Assembly (NCBI GenBank): GCA_038087875.1
Contig: JAXLNO010000438.1
Location: forward strand, 124,001 to 188,000
Origin: Malacoraja senta
Taxonomy: Eukaryota
Length of the DNA stretch: 64,000 bases
Reading direction: 5' to 3'
The notes under the pieces are model-generated. The model saw only the letters and a list, made by a program, of their open reading frames with translations, was not told the origin of the DNA and did not search any database. Both the position numbers and the translations under genes were made by a program. Of the stretch, positions 62,091-64,000 are shown piece after piece (positions within the stretch are counted from its first letter, which is position 1; every line of letters starts with the position of its first letter).

Positions 62091-62409
62091 TTATACCAAG
62101 CCAATGTGTAAACCAGTTCCTTGCTTCTAAACATTATAACATCACTGGGAAGAGATCAGCATTTCGTGAAAAAATCTTGTTTTTGCCATGGCTTGTGCAA
62201 TATTCATGATTTACCAAATTATCACATTTCAATGGGGAACAGTGACATGATTGAAAAAGACATGTCAGTTCCTGCTTGGTTTTTGACTGCAAATGATGCT
62301 GCAAGAATTGAGAAATGTAATGTACAGACTCAAGCTAGTCTTGCATTGATCTGACAGGACATATCTTATTCGACCAGCAGACTCCAGAGACAGGATAAAA
62401 TGCTTAAAC

Positions 62410-62621
62410 TGTCTCTGTGTGTGTCCGTGTGTGTGTGTGTGTCTCTGTGTGTGTGTGTGTCGCTGTGTGTGTGTGTGTGTCTGTGTGTGTGTGTGTCTGT
62501 GTGTGTGTGTGTGTCTCTGTGTGTGTGTGTGTCTCTGTGTGTCTGTGTGTCTCTGTGTCTCTGTGTGTCTGTGTGTCTGTGTGTCTGTGTGTCTGTGTGT
62601 CTGTGTGTCTGTGTGTGTGTG
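62410..62621. repeat. (GT)n/(GTCTGT)n compound microsatellite
   Basis: Direct inspection. Confidence 0.95.
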
Positions 62622-63555
62622 AGTTACAGACAGGAACCAGAAAACGTGGTGAGATGGAAGGAATTTACAATCCTTCCTTAAACTATATGGGATAAATGGC
62701 TCAAACAGCAGGGGAAAATATACCAGGACCCTCTTGTAGATAACTCATTATCTGATAGTTCATCCAAAGAATAACATAATGCTTTGTTTTTAAACACTGA
62801 GATAACAATGTAAGACAGTAACAAAGGAATAGCAGAAAATCATCCTTACTGTTATCTTCCTCAAACTATTAAGAGCCATTTATTGAGAAAGGTTGTCTTT
62901 TGCTTTAAAAAGATGTTGTTTTAAAAAGGCTTAACTTGACCCCACCTCTCACCATCACCTCCATCAGACTAAAAAAAGGGACCCAACACAACAGATGGAT
63001 CCATCCCTCCCACAGATACTGCCTGCCCCACTGAGTTCCTCCAGCATATTTCCAGCATCTGCAGTTTCTTCTGTCTCGATTAAACCTAGTAACACAGCTT
63101 TATTAACCCAATGTACTGCCTGAAACCAATGGGAATCAACAATACATTGAGACCTGTGACGCAAAGAGTGCCCCATGGCACCATTAACAAGCAAAACAAA
63201 ATGGACTTATCACACATATTTGGACATTTAACTAAAACCTATGTAAAAATACTAGGTTTTATGGAGCTTCCACAATAAGGAGGCACAGAGATAGTAGAGG
63301 GAATTCCACAGCATAGGGTCATCAATGGCAGAGCAATTTTGGGAATGTTTGTGAAATGAAAAGCAACTAAATGAGCGAGTATTATAGCTAATGTTGAATA
63401 GGATAATAGAATAGAGCATAAGCCATGAATGAATTGGGAACACAAATGGAACTTCTTACGAGCTCAGCACCTTTTAACTGTATGGGACAGCATGCTCAGG
63501 AGTAATAAGTGAAAGGGGTGGTGAAAGTTAGGAAAAAGGCAGAAAATTTGTGATG

Positions 63556-63790
63556 TCACAAAATGCTGGAGCAACTCAGCAGGACAGGTAGCATCTCTGG
63601 ATAGAAGGAATGGGTGATGTTTCGGGGAGAGAGCTTTCAGTCAAGGGAGCGGGAGACAGAGATAGGGAAGGGTAAGGTGTGAAACGAGAGATCAAAGGCG
63701 ACGAAGCTCAAGGAAAATGTGGAATAGATTATTGTTAGCTAGGGGAAGTTGACAACGAGGCATACAAAAATAAAGGTTTAATCAGGAGGA
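63556..63790 (-). mobile_element. Penelope-like terminal repeat fragment
   Basis: Same sequence family as 1755-1982 (cacaaaatgctggagcaactcagc...aaggaaaatgtggaatagattattgttagct). Confidence 0.75.
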
Positions 63791-64000
63791 CTTGTCAACC
63801 TGATTAATCCTTCTGATTGAACTTTTATCTATGTCTACAATGAAAGTCTTTGTCAAATCCCTTTCTAAAATGCATGTAGACCCTATCCTCATCAATCATC
63901 CCTTCATCACCTGCTCGAAAAAGCTCAAAATGTAGAAATTGAAGAAACAGCATCATAGACATCTGTTACAGTTGTATTTGTTTGTAGCTCCTTCCATCTA

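Noticed and set aside
62400..62695. Cys/Val-rich ORFs
   Set aside because: Translations of a GT microsatellite.
23366..64000. Upstream SH3PXD2 exons (e.g. DKFPxEGGQKDP, YRRYSKFFDLQ)
   Set aside because: Looked for by eye on the minus strand and not found; probably outside the window, though a manual miss is possible.

Overview
Eukaryotic, repeat-rich vertebrate genomic DNA. The repeat content (HER1-like CR1 LINEs, HE1/V-SINE-like SINEs, abundant Penelope-like elements) points to a cartilaginous fish, probably a skate or ray; this is an inference. Host genes: the last two coding exons of ERGIC1 on + (667-789, 9394-9501) and one PX-domain exon of SH3PXD2A/B (Tks5/Tks4) on - (23289-23365). A 200-N scaffold gap lies between them, and the expected downstream SH3PXD2 exons were not found. 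The rest is intronic or intergenic and full of TEs. These include a near full-length L1-clade LINE (16557-22910) with a very long 228-bp target-site duplication and a hairpin-rich inter-ORF spacer, and a young teleost-like L2 fragment. There are also RTE, Rex1/Babar, Crack-like and CR1 fragments, Penelope-like elements whose termini carry a minimal hammerhead-ribozyme motif, Tigger- and Harbinger-type MITEs, and a 2.8-kb TIR element. A GC-rich non-autonomous retroposon family appears to carry different LINE 3' tails in different copies. I see no clear-cut new multi-gene system; the best leads concern retroelement mechanism and assembly/synteny. All family names come from recalled motifs, not database searches, and boundaries of degenerate repeats are approximate.
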